Of a stretch of 33,549 nt of DNA, positions 8,888 through 18,183 are shown one piece after another (the stretch's first letter is position 1; each line of letters begins with the position of its first letter). The stretch comes from a virus (lineage: Duplodnaviria; Heunggongvirae; Uroviricota; Caudoviricetes), in the IMG/VR virus record IMGVR_UViG_2778261567_000022; one strand, written 5' to 3'. Made by a program: the position numbers and the translations under genes. The notes beneath the pieces are model-generated. The model was not told where the DNA came from. It ran no database searches and saw nothing but the letters and a program-made list of their open reading frames with translations.

Positions 8888-10064
8888 TGACCACCTCCAC
8901 TGTCAGGGATTCGAGCCGTGGCACGGCCAGATCGCTGATGATGTCTTCCAGTGAAAACTGAACCGAAGCCACCACCGGGAAGGTCTGATGAATTTCCTTG
9001 CCCAGCGTGGAAAACGAAAAGCGCGAATAGGGCCAGACTTTTTTCACATTAAAGCGGGCATTCTCCCGAAAAGCGCAGCGTATCAGGTCGCTGATATCCT
9101 GTTTCAGCCCTTCCGCGCCGTCCGGTGGCAGGGTGGTTGAGCTTCTGATGTATACGGTGACGTCCAGACGGTGACGCGTCTCCGGCATGGCGAAACACTG
9201 CAAATCATCCCCGTGTCCGTGGTGCCCCTCTTCGTTGATGTAGCGGTTGACTGCTTCAATAAAAGGGGCAGAGGCCTCGCCGCTGTCCAGTAACAGGTAG
9301 GCGTTGGCCGTTCCCGGTCCTCTCGGGGCGTCGTGCTGAAAGTAGATCCGGTCGATGCTCAGGCCCGCCACGCTGGCGATAAGTCCCCGGTAGACGGCGT
9401 CCGTGTGGTAACTGCTCACGAGGTTAAACTGGTTGCGTATTCTGTCGCGCAGTTCGTCGTCGCTTTCCTCATCGGCACCCGGTACGGTCAGCCAGTCTTC
9501 CCGGTTCACCACGGATGCAATGCCGGGAATGGCAACGGGAAGGATACGGAAGTACCCCGGCGCGAGGTTGTGCCCGCTGCCTTCGGTGGTGGCTTCCACG
9601 GGAACGGATGCGCCGCTTTTACCGCTGCTGATAAGCGTTTCCTCCGTGACGGCCATGCTGTATATCACGCCGTTAATTCTGGCGGTCTGGACGATGGTCC
9701 CTTCGGGGATGAGAACATCATCATTTGCTCTGGTTTTGGCAAACCAGATCACGCCACGGGCCTTACTGGCCGGTTTTGGGGTGATGTTGACGTCGTGCGC
9801 ATGAAGCAGAAGAAGTGACCGGTCAGCCGTGGCGACAAACATACCGGGCAGCACAACGTCAACCAGCGCATCACGCAGCCACTGAACGGGTCGTATGACA
9901 ATGGTCAGAATGAGCCGCCAGAAGGGACTCATGGGCGAGGTGTTGGTGATGAGTCCGGTTTTCTGTACATCCTCATGAAAGAGGGTGGCGATCTCTTCTT
10001 CTGTTTCCGGCATACCGCTTTCACGGAATACCTGATTAAAATCAACGTCCGGTTTCCCTTTCAT
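8880..10064 (-). CDS. baseplate J-like protein (P2 gpJ / Mu gp47 family)
   Basis: 394 aa, size and position typical of baseplate wedge J; overlaps neighbours as in translationally coupled tail operons. Confidence 0.65.
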   Translation of the reverse strand: MKGKPDVDFNQVFRESGMPETEEEIATLFHEDVQKTGLITNTSPMSPFWRLILTIVIRPVQWLRDALVDVVLPGMFVATADRSLLLLHAHDVNITPKPASKARGVIWFAKTRANDDVLIPEGTIVQTARINGVIYSMAVTEETLISSGKSGASVPVEATTEGSGHNLAPGYFRILPVAIPGIASVVNREDWLTVPGADEESDDELRDRIRNQFNLVSSYHTDAVYRGLIASVAGLSIDRIYFQHDAPRGPGTANAYLLLDSGEASAPFIEAVNRYINEEGHHGHGDDLQCFAMPETRHRLDVTVYIRSSTTLPPDGAEGLKQDISDLIRCAFRENARFNVKKVWPYSRFSFSTLGKEIHQTFPVVASVQFSLEDIISDLAVPRLESLTVEVVIE

Positions 10065-10413
10065 AGTTCACCCTGGTGTTTATGCGTCCAAAATCCTGTG
10101 TCTCTGCCGTCACATGCAGCCTGCCCGGTGCCTCTTCGTTAATGAACACCGTCCCCGGAACCAGCCGTTCATCATCCTCAACCAGGAGGATAAGCCGGGT
10201 AATGATGTCGCTGCGCAGCGTCGGGCTGCGTTCGCCGATAAGCAGGGCGGCGATCCCGCTTTCGATAATGCTGTGCACCACGTCCTGGCCGATGCTGACC
10301 CGGTTATCACATCGCTGTGGCTCGTTTCCGCTGTTCAGCGTAAAACTGCCGTCAGTGATAAGCAGGTCGATGTAAAGCGATGGCGTGTTCATCCCGCGTA
10401 AAGCTCCGTCCAT
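10042..10413 (-). CDS. small baseplate protein (GP46 / gpW-like)
   Basis: 123-aa ORF directly downstream of the tape measure gene and upstream of J, as in Mu gp46-gp47; weak match to the phage GP46 family from memory. Confidence 0.45.
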   Translation of the reverse strand: MDGALRGMNTPSLYIDLLITDGSFTLNSGNEPQRCDNRVSIGQDVVHSIIESGIAALLIGERSPTLRSDIITRLILLVEDDERLVPGTVFINEEAPGRLHVTAETQDFGRINTRVNYERETGR

Positions 10414-12575
10414 TCATCCAGTTGCCCCGGCGTCATCGGGTTCTGCGTGTTGATTGTCAGATTGCCGAACGTCCGGCTGTTGTCGATACGGGTTGAGGTG
10501 TCCGTGCGTATCTGGTTGCGTATGCCTCCGGGTGGCAGCTCTGCGCTGATGCGGTTGCCTGCCAGTGCCGGGACGGCGGTTTCTGCAATCTGCGGAGGTA
10601 CGGTGCTGCCTGTTGCGCCCCGCGTCATGGTGTTCACCTGCTCCGTGGGCTTCATGTCGATACTGATACCGGGGATTTTGTTCAGCTTTTCCGCAAGCCA
10701 GTTCCACGTCCGGTTAAACGAGTTTTTAATGACGTTCCATAAGTCCCCGAAGACGTTACCGATGATCCCCGCCATTTTCCGGAAGGATTCGACCGGGGCG
10801 GTCGGGTCAAATGCAGCCACCACGTCCTGCCACCCTCTGATGACGATGGCGAAGATGTCGATCAGGGTTCTGATCACGCTGATAACCACCTCCAGCGCGG
10901 GGGATATCAGGCTTACCGCTGCGGCCACCACGCGACCGCATGTTTCCCCGGCACGGGTGACGCTGTTCATCTGTCCCGTGGTCAGCTGTACCGGTGCAAA
11001 CAGATCGGAGAAGGCACTGAACAGGGTTTTTATGCCCTGCCATACCGGGGCCAGCGCCCGGGCAATGTCACCGAACGCGGCAGTCACCGGGCTCATGGCG
11101 TCCAGTGCGCTGGTAAAACCATCAATAAAGCCGCGAATAAAGGCTTTGATGGGCTGCCAGAACTTAATGGCCACCACCACCAGAGCAGCGATGGCGGCGG
11201 CAACCAGGAGGACCGGGGCGCTCATGGTCAGAAACGACACGCCCGCCAGACGCGCGGCAAGACTGGTGGCAATGATGGCACTGCGTACTTTTGTGAGTGC
11301 AAGCGTGTACAGACTCCAGGCTGCCCTGGCGCCCTTTATGATGGCCTTATGGCCTTCCATGATGAAGCTGAACACACCCAGCACGATGTTCGTGACCGCA
11401 CCGGCTGCGCCCAGCGCCAGCATGGTCAGCGTGATGTAACCCAGCCAGCGGGCGATGTTCGGGAACATGTTCAGCCAGCGCACGAACGTCGCGCCGATAT
11501 CGGCAAAACGGCCAGCCAGTGGTGCGAGAATGGGGTAGAGGGCATTACCGATGGCGGCCCGGATGTTGTAGAAGGAGGCCACAAGGCGATCCCACGGGTC
11601 GGTCATGGCTTCAGCCATTTCCGTGGCACGCTTCATGCCGTCATTACGCCCCAGCGCTGATATGCTCCGGTTAAGCATTTCCTGCTGCCCCCAGAGTTTT
11701 TTAATCACGTCCGCGCCACTGCCGAAGGCGTCATCCAGCGCCTGTTGTGCCGCCACGTTACCCTCAATGTTCCTGCCGAACCTCGCCTGCAGACGGTCGA
11801 GGATGTCACCCATGGGTAAAATCCTCCCGGTGACATCGACAAAACTCATCCCCATTTTTTGTGCGGCAGCGGGGGCACTGCGCAGGAATTCCTCATAGAT
11901 GCCCGATGCCTCGGTGCCCATGGTCCGTGACAGGGTGCCCAGTATGGCAAACTGCTCTGCCATGCTGACGCCAAAATCCGCGCCCGCGTTTTTGGTGCCC
12001 TCAATAAGCTCCTGCATGGTGCTCATTTCCACACCGAACTGCTGAACCATCCACGCGGTTTTACCTGCCAGATCTTCAGCAAACCCCACGGCACCCATGG
12101 CAGAAAACTCACTGCGGAAACGGGCACCCATGGCGGCAAGGTAGCCGCTCGCCTCTTCGCTGCTGACGCGGGCAGCCACGGCCAGGGTGCTGGTTGCTGC
12201 CGTCACACGGGGTAAATCCCCGTCGCTCAGTCCGTCCAGTGCGCCGCGAATATGCCATGCGGAACGGATGATCTCCGTGGAAGACTGACCGAATGCGGTC
12301 CCCAGTTTCATGGCCTGCGTGGTGAGGGCGGTCAGCGCCTGCGCCCCGACGCCTTTGGCCTCAAGCTCGCCCAGCGCCTTCTGCATCTCCCACGCCGGAT
12401 CCATCGCGGCGCGGATACCTTCGGCCACGCCCCACAGTCCGGCCACACCCACACCGATACGCGCGAACGCGCCCTGCGAGCGTTCGGCGAATCCCGTCAC
12501 GGATTCCTGAACCTGCCGCAGCGGGCGGGTAAGCTGGTCTGTCAGATTGATAATGAAATCCAGCTGGCTGGCCAT
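10389..12575 (-). CDS. tail tape measure protein, 728 aa
   Basis: Long Ala/Gly-rich protein with a central hydrophobic block (ITLTMLALGAAGAVTNIVLGVFSFI ...), immediately after the frameshifting chaperone gene. Confidence 0.8.
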   Translation of the reverse strand: MASQLDFIINLTDQLTRPLRQVQESVTGFAERSQGAFARIGVGVAGLWGVAEGIRAAMDPAWEMQKALGELEAKGVGAQALTALTTQAMKLGTAFGQSSTEIIRSAWHIRGALDGLSDGDLPRVTAATSTLAVAARVSSEEASGYLAAMGARFRSEFSAMGAVGFAEDLAGKTAWMVQQFGVEMSTMQELIEGTKNAGADFGVSMAEQFAILGTLSRTMGTEASGIYEEFLRSAPAAAQKMGMSFVDVTGRILPMGDILDRLQARFGRNIEGNVAAQQALDDAFGSGADVIKKLWGQQEMLNRSISALGRNDGMKRATEMAEAMTDPWDRLVASFYNIRAAIGNALYPILAPLAGRFADIGATFVRWLNMFPNIARWLGYITLTMLALGAAGAVTNIVLGVFSFIMEGHKAIIKGARAAWSLYTLALTKVRSAIIATSLAARLAGVSFLTMSAPVLLVAAAIAALVVVAIKFWQPIKAFIRGFIDGFTSALDAMSPVTAAFGDIARALAPVWQGIKTLFSAFSDLFAPVQLTTGQMNSVTRAGETCGRVVAAAVSLISPALEVVISVIRTLIDIFAIVIRGWQDVVAAFDPTAPVESFRKMAGIIGNVFGDLWNVIKNSFNRTWNWLAEKLNKIPGISIDMKPTEQVNTMTRGATGSTVPPQIAETAVPALAGNRISAELPPGGIRNQIRTDTSTRIDNSRTFGNLTINTQNPMTPGQLDEWTELYAG

Positions 12576-12578
12576 GTC

Positions 12579-12774
12579 ACCTTCCGTTAAATGCGATCGC
12601 TATACCTTCAGCGGTCTTGTTGGCGCGGGTACGGGCAAAATATTCATCCAGCCAGATGGCACGGGCGATGCTCTCTTCGTCGTCCGGCTCTCCGGGGAGG
12701 TAGTGACGCCGCAATGCCAGATACTGCTCAAGGGGATTGCGGCGGATGCTTTCGACCCGCGCGGTCAGTTTTTT
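12579..12774 (-). other. programmed -1 ribosomal frameshift extension of the tail assembly chaperone (E+E'/G-GT type)
   Basis: Slippery heptamer AAAAAAC (plus strand 12768-12774). The -1 frame stays open for about 65 codons (LKKLTARVESIRRNPLEQYLALRRHYLPGEPDDEESIARAIWLDEYFARTRANKTAEGIAIAFNGR) and stops at the TGA overlapping the tape measure start codon. Confidence 0.6.
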
Positions 12775-13040
12775 AACTCAATCTCCAGTTTCGGGGAGTA
12801 AACCTCGTTAATCTTCTCGACGATCTGCATCTCACAGCCCGGATAACGCGCAATCAGGTCAGCCAGTGCGTCGCGGCTGGCAGGCGTCACGATGCGGTTA
12901 AGATAGGTGCTCATCGGCGCCACCTTGTTGGTCATCGTGATTTCGTTGATGAGGTTGTTAAATGCCGTTTTGTTCGGTTCAAAGCTCAGGGTTACGCCCG
13001 CAACGGACAGGATGATGGTGCCGGTGTTCTTCGTGGTCAT
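12765..13040 (-). CDS. tail assembly chaperone (P2 gpE-like), 91 aa
   Basis: Small ORF just upstream of the tape measure gene; ends in a slippery A-AAA-AAC heptamer; same length as P2 gpE. Confidence 0.65.
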   Translation of the reverse strand: MTTKNTGTIILSVAGVTLSFEPNKTAFNNLINEITMTNKVAPMSTYLNRIVTPASRDALADLIARYPGCEMQIVEKINEVYSPKLEIELKN

Positions 13041-13330
13041 TGCAGTTTCTCCGTGTTTCGTATGGTTTCCACCAGGCTGTTATGCCTGGCGGCGCATTCG
13101 GTGTAGCGGCTCGTGAGGGTTCGCAGTGCCGCATCAAAATCAGCGCCCGTCGGGCCTGCCAGTCTCGGCAGTGTCTTCGGGCATTCCGTCAACTGGTTTT
13201 CCTGCCAGGGTACGCTCAGCGGCTTCAGCACGGGCGTTGAACAGCCGGACGTAATCATCAGTAGCGCACACATTGCGGAATACCGGGCGGACGGTTTCCG
13301 TGTGAATAACGCGTTCAGTGTGAATTTCAT
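13037..13330 (-). CDS. o-spanin (Rz1-like outer membrane lipoprotein)
   Basis: Signal peptide with lipobox ITSGC followed by a short Pro-rich mature region; gene overlaps the 3' part of the i-spanin in a different frame. Confidence 0.6.
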   Translation of the reverse strand: MKFTLNALFTRKPSARYSAMCALLMITSGCSTPVLKPLSVPWQENQLTECPKTLPRLAGPTGADFDAALRTLTSRYTECAARHNSLVETIRNTEKLQ

Positions 13331-13526
13331 TGCCCTTTAACGCCTCCAGCCGTTTTTCCAGTATGCGGGCGGACTGCTGCCCGGCTTCTGTCACCGCCCG
13401 TCGCGTGGCTTCCATGGCTTCCTGTTCGGCAAGCGCCACCCTGGCGTCATGCCAGTCATGGGCCAGCCAGCCCGCCCACATGGCGGCAAAGAGGATCACC
13501 AGGCAGCCCGCCAGCTGTTTCATCAT
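13140..13526 (-). CDS. i-spanin (Rz-like)
   Basis: N-terminal transmembrane helix (LAGCLVILFAAMWAGWL) then charged helical periplasmic domain; o-spanin overlaps it. Confidence 0.6.
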   Translation of the reverse strand: MMKQLAGCLVILFAAMWAGWLAHDWHDARVALAEQEAMEATRRAVTEAGQQSARILEKRLEALKGNEIHTERVIHTETVRPVFRNVCATDDYVRLFNARAEAAERTLAGKPVDGMPEDTAETGRPDGR

Positions 13527-13861
13527 TTCACCCCGTTGTGCTCAAGGCTGAAATGATTGCCGTCTGCCCGGCTGAAGCGTCCGCCCCATGTGCCGCCGAT
13601 GGATTCCCAGTATTCCCCCAGCGGCCTGTAGGCGTCGGTGTCGGCCTGGTATTTGCCGTTAATGAACAGGTTGAAGTCCACCGCGAGGCGCAGCGTGTGA
13701 AGGCTGTTGCGAATGCCTTTTCCGCTTTTCGCATTCAGTGCGGCCTGCTCCGGCGTGCGGTATGCCTCGCCGAAGGTCAGGCGATAGCCGTGCTCCTGTG
13801 CCCAGTGGATGAGATCGGCAATCATGACGGCAAACAGTTGTTGTTTTTCGCTCAGTTTCAT
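13523..13861 (-). CDS. endolysin, peptidase M15 family (L-alanyl-D-glutamate endopeptidase type)
   Basis: 112 aa with Zn-ligand pattern H-x6-D ... H (SLHTLRLAVDF ... DGNHFSLEH) typical of small M15 phage endolysins; sits between methylase and spanins. Confidence 0.6.
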   Translation of the reverse strand: MKLSEKQQLFAVMIADLIHWAQEHGYRLTFGEAYRTPEQAALNAKSGKGIRNSLHTLRLAVDFNLFINGKYQADTDAYRPLGEYWESIGGTWGGRFSRADGNHFSLEHNGVK

Positions 13862-14613
13862 CAGTCACTCCTCTGTTCCGTCCCCGTAAGGCGCGCCTGT
13901 GCCACGCTGAAATAGTGGGCGTTCAGTTCAATACCCGTAAAACGGCAGCCCCGGCGAAGGGCGGCCACGCCCGTGGTGCCGGACCCCATAAACGGATCGA
14001 GGATCAGCCCTCCGGGTTCACACACGCGCACAAGCTCATCCATCAACGATTCCGGTTTACCTGTCGGGTGCTGTTTCTCCTGTGGGCGTGTGTGGTGCGT
14101 GGTGCAGCCGTCGAACGGCCCGGAAGGGGATTTGCCCAGCGCGCCTTTACTGCCCCAGACCACATATTCGCACTGGTGACGAAAATAACCGGTATGCGGT
14201 GTTCTTGAGGCCCGTCCCTTGTTCCATGCCACGATCCCCCGCCAGGTAAAGCCGGCGGCCTGGAATGCGTCCGTCAGCGCGGGCAACTGCCGCCAGTCGG
14301 TGAAGACCAGGGCGTAACCACCGGGTCGTACCGTGCGCCATGCCTGTGTCATCCACAGATGCGTCCAGTATTCCCATGAACGGGCGTCCATGTTCTCGCC
14401 TTCGAAGCCTTCAAAGCGGTGAAGATCTTCATCGTTGATGTATTTGGCGTGGCTGCCCTGGCATGTCCGCCCCGCCTTGTGTGTGGCACCTGAACTGTAT
14501 GGCGGGTCTGTGATGAGCGCGTCCACACTGTTTTCCGGCAGCATCCGCAGAACGTCATGCGCCTGCGCGTGATACAGGCTCAGGGAAGGCGAAATGTAAG
14601 GCTTATGGGTCAT
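13861..14613 (-). CDS. DNA methyltransferase, beta-class (N6-adenine or N4-cytosine), 250 aa
   Basis: Motif IV DPPY (ITDPPYSSG) precedes motif I FxGxG (DPFMGSGTT), the beta-class order; start overlaps the holin stop and stop overlaps the endolysin start. Confidence 0.8.
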   Translation of the reverse strand: MTHKPYISPSLSLYHAQAHDVLRMLPENSVDALITDPPYSSGATHKAGRTCQGSHAKYINDEDLHRFEGFEGENMDARSWEYWTHLWMTQAWRTVRPGGYALVFTDWRQLPALTDAFQAAGFTWRGIVAWNKGRASRTPHTGYFRHQCEYVVWGSKGALGKSPSGPFDGCTTHHTRPQEKQHPTGKPESLMDELVRVCEPGGLILDPFMGSGTTGVAALRRGCRFTGIELNAHYFSVAQARLTGTEQRSD

Positions 14614-14908
14614 TTCTGCGTTCCTTCTGCTTCAGGTAGCGGTCTGCCAGACGGCAAAAGCATTCTTCAATAAAGGCGCTGCCCATAATGCCCAGCGCGC
14701 ACGCCAGACCGACCACAACCAGCTCCGGCATGTCCGGAAATTTAAACAGCGGAATGGCGGCAACCGGTGCCACGGCAGAGCCCATAATCATTCGCCCGAT
14801 AAGCAGACGGGCTGTGATGCGATCGCGGCTCACCATGAGACGCCCCAGCCCGATGGCAGCACCGATGATAATCAGTTTTGCCAGGAGTGAAGTCTGACCG
14901 TCCGGCAT
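14603..14908 (-). CDS. holin
   Basis: 101 aa with hydrophobic segments (LLAKLIIIGAAIGLG; MIMGSAVAPVAAIPL; LVVVGLACALGIMGSAFI) and a charged C-terminus, directly upstream of the lysis genes. Confidence 0.55.
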   Translation of the reverse strand: MPDGQTSLLAKLIIIGAAIGLGRLMVSRDRITARLLIGRMIMGSAVAPVAAIPLFKFPDMPELVVVGLACALGIMGSAFIEECFCRLADRYLKQKERRNDP

Positions 14909-14912
14909 GGCA

Positions 14913-15404
14913 TCACCCCTTCAGATCGCGGGTGTCACGGGCTGACAGGTAGGGCACGCCGTCAATGCTGATAAAGTCCGGGCTTGTGACCATGAACTTG
15001 ATTTTTTTCGTGGTCTTTCCGGCTTCACCTGCGCTGATGTTCACCACGTCCGACAACATGGGGACGCAGCCGAATACCTCGATTTTTTCCTCCTCGCTGC
15101 CGTTGTTGGCATAAAAGAGAAAATCCTTTTCAGGAATGGCACGCCACGACCCCGCAGAGCGGGCCACGGCACCAAACTTTTTAAAGTTCTGCGCGTCGAC
15201 TTCCACCTCCACATCGGCAGAAACGGAACCACGGGTGTAGCCGTTCGGCACGCCGCGCGTCTGTGCCACGGCGCTGTTGTCGGTGATGGTGACGGTGGCG
15301 CTTTCCACGTGGATCATGATCCCGTCGTAGTTGATATCAAACGCGCCGCCGCTGATACGTTCATTTCCGGCCATGTCAGATCTCCAGTGCTGTGTCGAGT
15401 TCAA
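14913..15404 (-). CDS. tail tube protein (putative)
   Basis: 163-aa ORF immediately downstream of the sheath gene, the conserved sheath-tube order in contractile tails; size similar to P2 FII. Confidence 0.5.
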   Translation of the reverse strand: MNSTQHWRSDMAGNERISGGAFDINYDGIMIHVESATVTITDNSAVAQTRGVPNGYTRGSVSADVEVEVDAQNFKKFGAVARSAGSWRAIPEKDFLFYANNGSEEEKIEVFGCVPMLSDVVNISAGEAGKTTKKIKFMVTSPDFISIDGVPYLSARDTRDLKG

Positions 15405-16521
15405 TACTTACGCCAATGGCTTTTGCGCTCTCGTAGGGGCGTACCACAATGTAAATCTGCACGTGTGTACTGCTGGTCCAGACGATGGTGATATCCCCGT
15501 CCTGTGGCGGTTTAACCTCGCCGGGGAACGGTACGCCGTTAATCTCCGTGGCGAGCGCCATTTCACGCAGCGTGCGGCTGAAATATGTCTGGCTGGCGGC
15601 AATGCTGCCCGGTGTGCTGTTGAGTGCGCGATCCGCAAGGCGGGCAATGGCGCGCAGACGTACACGGCGGGAGACCTTATCCACCACGCGCACGTTTTCG
15701 ATGACCTGGTAATCGCCCCCCTCCACATCAAGGGTGCGTCCGTCTGACCAGTAGAGCCCGTCGAAATCGTGATACCACATGGGCACGCTGAAGCGTTTGC
15801 CTTCCAGCGAGCGTAGCGTGGCCAGCTCAAGGGGCTGTTTCTTGCCGTCCTGCGGGATCTCATCGTTACCCATCGCCACCAGAGCACCGGTTGCCACGCG
15901 TGCCGGGCTGTCCGCAACGGTGACAGAAGGATTACAGAGACGGCCCGCCAGTACGCCGGGCTCATTTCCCCATAAGCGGGGAACCACCATCACGCCAGGT
16001 GCTGCCACGCCGTCCTGTATGGCACTGATGCGGGTGACGTATGCCGCCCATGCCTCATCCCTGCCCGGTCCGGCCACGCACAGCATGAACCAGACAAAAC
16101 GGCCATAAGCGGACTGAAGCAGGGCGCGGGTTTCGGTGGCGCGGTTAACGGCATCTTTAGCCGTGATGTCAATGGCAATCACCACGCCTTCGGCAGAAGC
16201 AATGGTCTGCGCTTTTTTCACCGCGTCCACCCATGCGGCGTTAGCGTCGCCGCCCTCCGGTGTCGGGGGTTTGGGTTCAGACAGAACGTGAACATAGGCA
16301 AACCAGTTCTGGCCACCGTTGGCGATTGCGGCGGTAAGCGTGGATTTAAGCAGGCTTTCATCCGGTCCCAGCACGTCGTCCAGGTCGGTCTCAGGGGAGA
16401 CGGAAAGGGTGTTACCTGTGTTCTTTTTGCCATAGCCCACAAAAAGCAGCGTGCGCTCCACTTCACGGGTGGCACCGTTGAAACGGTTCTGATGGCTTAC
16501 GGTTACATTCGGCCAGCTCAC
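15376..16521 (-). CDS. tail sheath protein (putative)
   Basis: 381-aa ORF downstream of the tail completion genes and upstream of the tube; size similar to P2 FI. Confidence 0.5.
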   Translation of the reverse strand: MSWPNVTVSHQNRFNGATREVERTLLFVGYGKKNTGNTLSVSPETDLDDVLGPDESLLKSTLTAAIANGGQNWFAYVHVLSEPKPPTPEGGDANAAWVDAVKKAQTIASAEGVVIAIDITAKDAVNRATETRALLQSAYGRFVWFMLCVAGPGRDEAWAAYVTRISAIQDGVAAPGVMVVPRLWGNEPGVLAGRLCNPSVTVADSPARVATGALVAMGNDEIPQDGKKQPLELATLRSLEGKRFSVPMWYHDFDGLYWSDGRTLDVEGGDYQVIENVRVVDKVSRRVRLRAIARLADRALNSTPGSIAASQTYFSRTLREMALATEINGVPFPGEVKPPQDGDITIVWTSSTHVQIYIVVRPYESAKAIGVSIELDTALEI

Positions 16522-16532
16522 GGTGTGACTCC

Positions 16533-17243
16533 TTATCTGATATCCTGTGCGTCAACGTCCAGGCCGTAGCCCATTGCGTTCATCTGGCGTGCCAGGATGT
16601 GTGAAAACTCTTCGTTTGTTACCCCCAGAAAGACGCGCGACGGAAGGGTAATGGTCCATGTCCTGGCCTTCTGCTGACGTGGTCCGGCGATAATCTGATC
16701 CTCCATAACGGTGATCAGCAACCCGGCCTGCGCCCGCGAAAGCGTTAACAGGTATTTCATGGATGCTTTCCGCCAGCGCCCCTTCTGACGTACCTTAAAG
16801 CCCAGCTCCCGCAGTCGTTTTGCCTGTCGGCGGGTGGCGGTCTGCCCGCTCTGGTCCTGACCGCTGAAGCTGTCAGCACTGACCCGGATTTCTGCGCCGT
16901 TGTGGTGAACCCAGCCCACGGCACCGGCACTGATGCGGCTCCTGCCACTGGTGTGATTGCCGTTACGGAAATAAACCTTTACGGCATCCTGTCCGGGCAT
17001 CTCACGGACCGCCAGAAGACGCGGCAGCTTTCTGAACATTTTCCCCTTGCCGCGTTTCCGGGGTGCCCATGCTGTGCCGTCCGGCGCGGTCTGATCGCGC
17101 TGATGGCGTCTGGCTGCGGCGATAATGCCGTGCCGGGCAATACGCCATAACAGGCGACGGCGTTTTTTCGGGGGCAGATCCAGCGACTGAAGCATCGCCT
17201 GCGCTTCTGCCAGCTGCTGCGGGTTCAGCTGGCCGCTTATCAT
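16533..17243 (-). CDS. virion morphogenesis / tail completion protein (P2 gpS / Mu G-like) with C-terminal extension
   Basis: Segment APDGTAWAPRKRGKGKMFRKL fits the PDG-x-WAP motif region of the phage virion morphogenesis family; follows the R-like gene as in P2. Confidence 0.5.
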   Translation of the reverse strand: MISGQLNPQQLAEAQAMLQSLDLPPKKRRRLLWRIARHGIIAAARRHQRDQTAPDGTAWAPRKRGKGKMFRKLPRLLAVREMPGQDAVKVYFRNGNHTSGRSRISAGAVGWVHHNGAEIRVSADSFSGQDQSGQTATRRQAKRLRELGFKVRQKGRWRKASMKYLLTLSRAQAGLLITVMEDQIIAGPRQQKARTWTITLPSRVFLGVTNEEFSHILARQMNAMGYGLDVDAQDIR

Positions 17244-17713
17244 TCGCGGCTCCTGCTGACAAACAGATCCATGGTTTCCGCCGTCCAGATTTCAGGGTTA
17301 ACCAGTGTCCAGCGTTTCCCCCTGTACGGAACGGGGCCGTCCTCCTGCACCCGGATGATCAGCGGGTCAGCCAGTCCCACCGTGATATCGAGAAGGCACG
17401 AGTCCTCATCGTTAAACTGCGGGTCGACGTTCACATCCTCCGGGCGGAATTCCTCCCTCAGCGGGTCCGCGTGCTCTTCCAGCCAGGCCATGACCAGCGC
17501 GTAAACCAGCCCCGGTGAGTATTTGCGGAACGGGAAGTTATCCCATGCAATCACGCCGGTGTACGTCATCACGCCCATGCGGATCTGGTCGTTACCCAGT
17601 GCCTTCTGACTTCGGATAAGTTGCGCGTCTTCCTGACTGCTCATGAAGAACTGCATGGCGTCAGACGGCAGATTTTCGGTAATGAAGGCGGTCAGGCTTT
17701 CCAGCTGGTTCAT
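17240..17713 (-). CDS. tail completion protein (P2 gpR-like)
   Basis: 157 aa; VYALVMAWLEEHADP ... DEDSCLLDITVGLADPLII resembles recalled P2 gpR; follows the head completion gene. Confidence 0.55.
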   Translation of the reverse strand: MNQLESLTAFITENLPSDAMQFFMSSQEDAQLIRSQKALGNDQIRMGVMTYTGVIAWDNFPFRKYSPGLVYALVMAWLEEHADPLREEFRPEDVNVDPQFNDEDSCLLDITVGLADPLIIRVQEDGPVPYRGKRWTLVNPEIWTAETMDLFVSRSRE

Positions 17714-18183
17714 ATGATGTGCACTCCCGCGCGTCTGTGCCCCAGCATGTTACGCATGACCAGCGAGGCTTCAGCCAGTAAGGTGGCGCGTGTGTCCTCG
17801 CTTTCCTGCCCCGGATAGGTTTCACGGCGACCAATGGTGGCGAACTCGCCCATAAGATCGGCCTTGGCACGGGCATAAACGGCCTTTTTGTACTGTGCGA
17901 CCAGCTGGGTTTCATCGCCCAGCCTGGCCCCCGGTACGTCTGCGGCGCGTTCATGCCCCTGCGCCTTCCAGTGCACCACAACCGGCGCCAGCGTGGTGTT
18001 CACCTCGGCCACTGCGGCAAGCAGCGCCATGGCCGCCGTGTCGTCGGGTAAATCAGCCGGAAGCGTGCGTGACCCCTGAAGCTCAGCCAGATCAAGGTCC
18101 GGCCAGAACGGCTCGCCGTTTGTCACCGTCTGCGGTGTGGATTTCAGCGGTTTACCGCTGACGCTGAAGCTCGGTTCGCTCAT
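17710..18183 (-). CDS. L: head completion/stabilisation protein (P2 gpL-like)
   Basis: Last gene of the O-N-M-L cluster; start moved to ATG at 18183 (MSEPSF...) which has a GAGG RBS; the ORF-track start at 18234 is also possible. Confidence 0.55.
   Translation of the reverse strand: MSEPSFSVSGKPLKSTPQTVTNGEPFWPDLDLAELQGSRTLPADLPDDTAAMALLAAVAEVNTTLAPVVVHWKAQGHERAADVPGARLGDETQLVAQYKKAVYARAKADLMGEFATIGRRETYPGQESEDTRATLLAEASLVMRNMLGHRRAGVHII

Noticed and set aside
12547-12801. Plus-strand 84-aa ORF in the gap between chaperone and tape measure genes
   Set aside because: The gap is explained by the minus-strand -1 frameshift extension.
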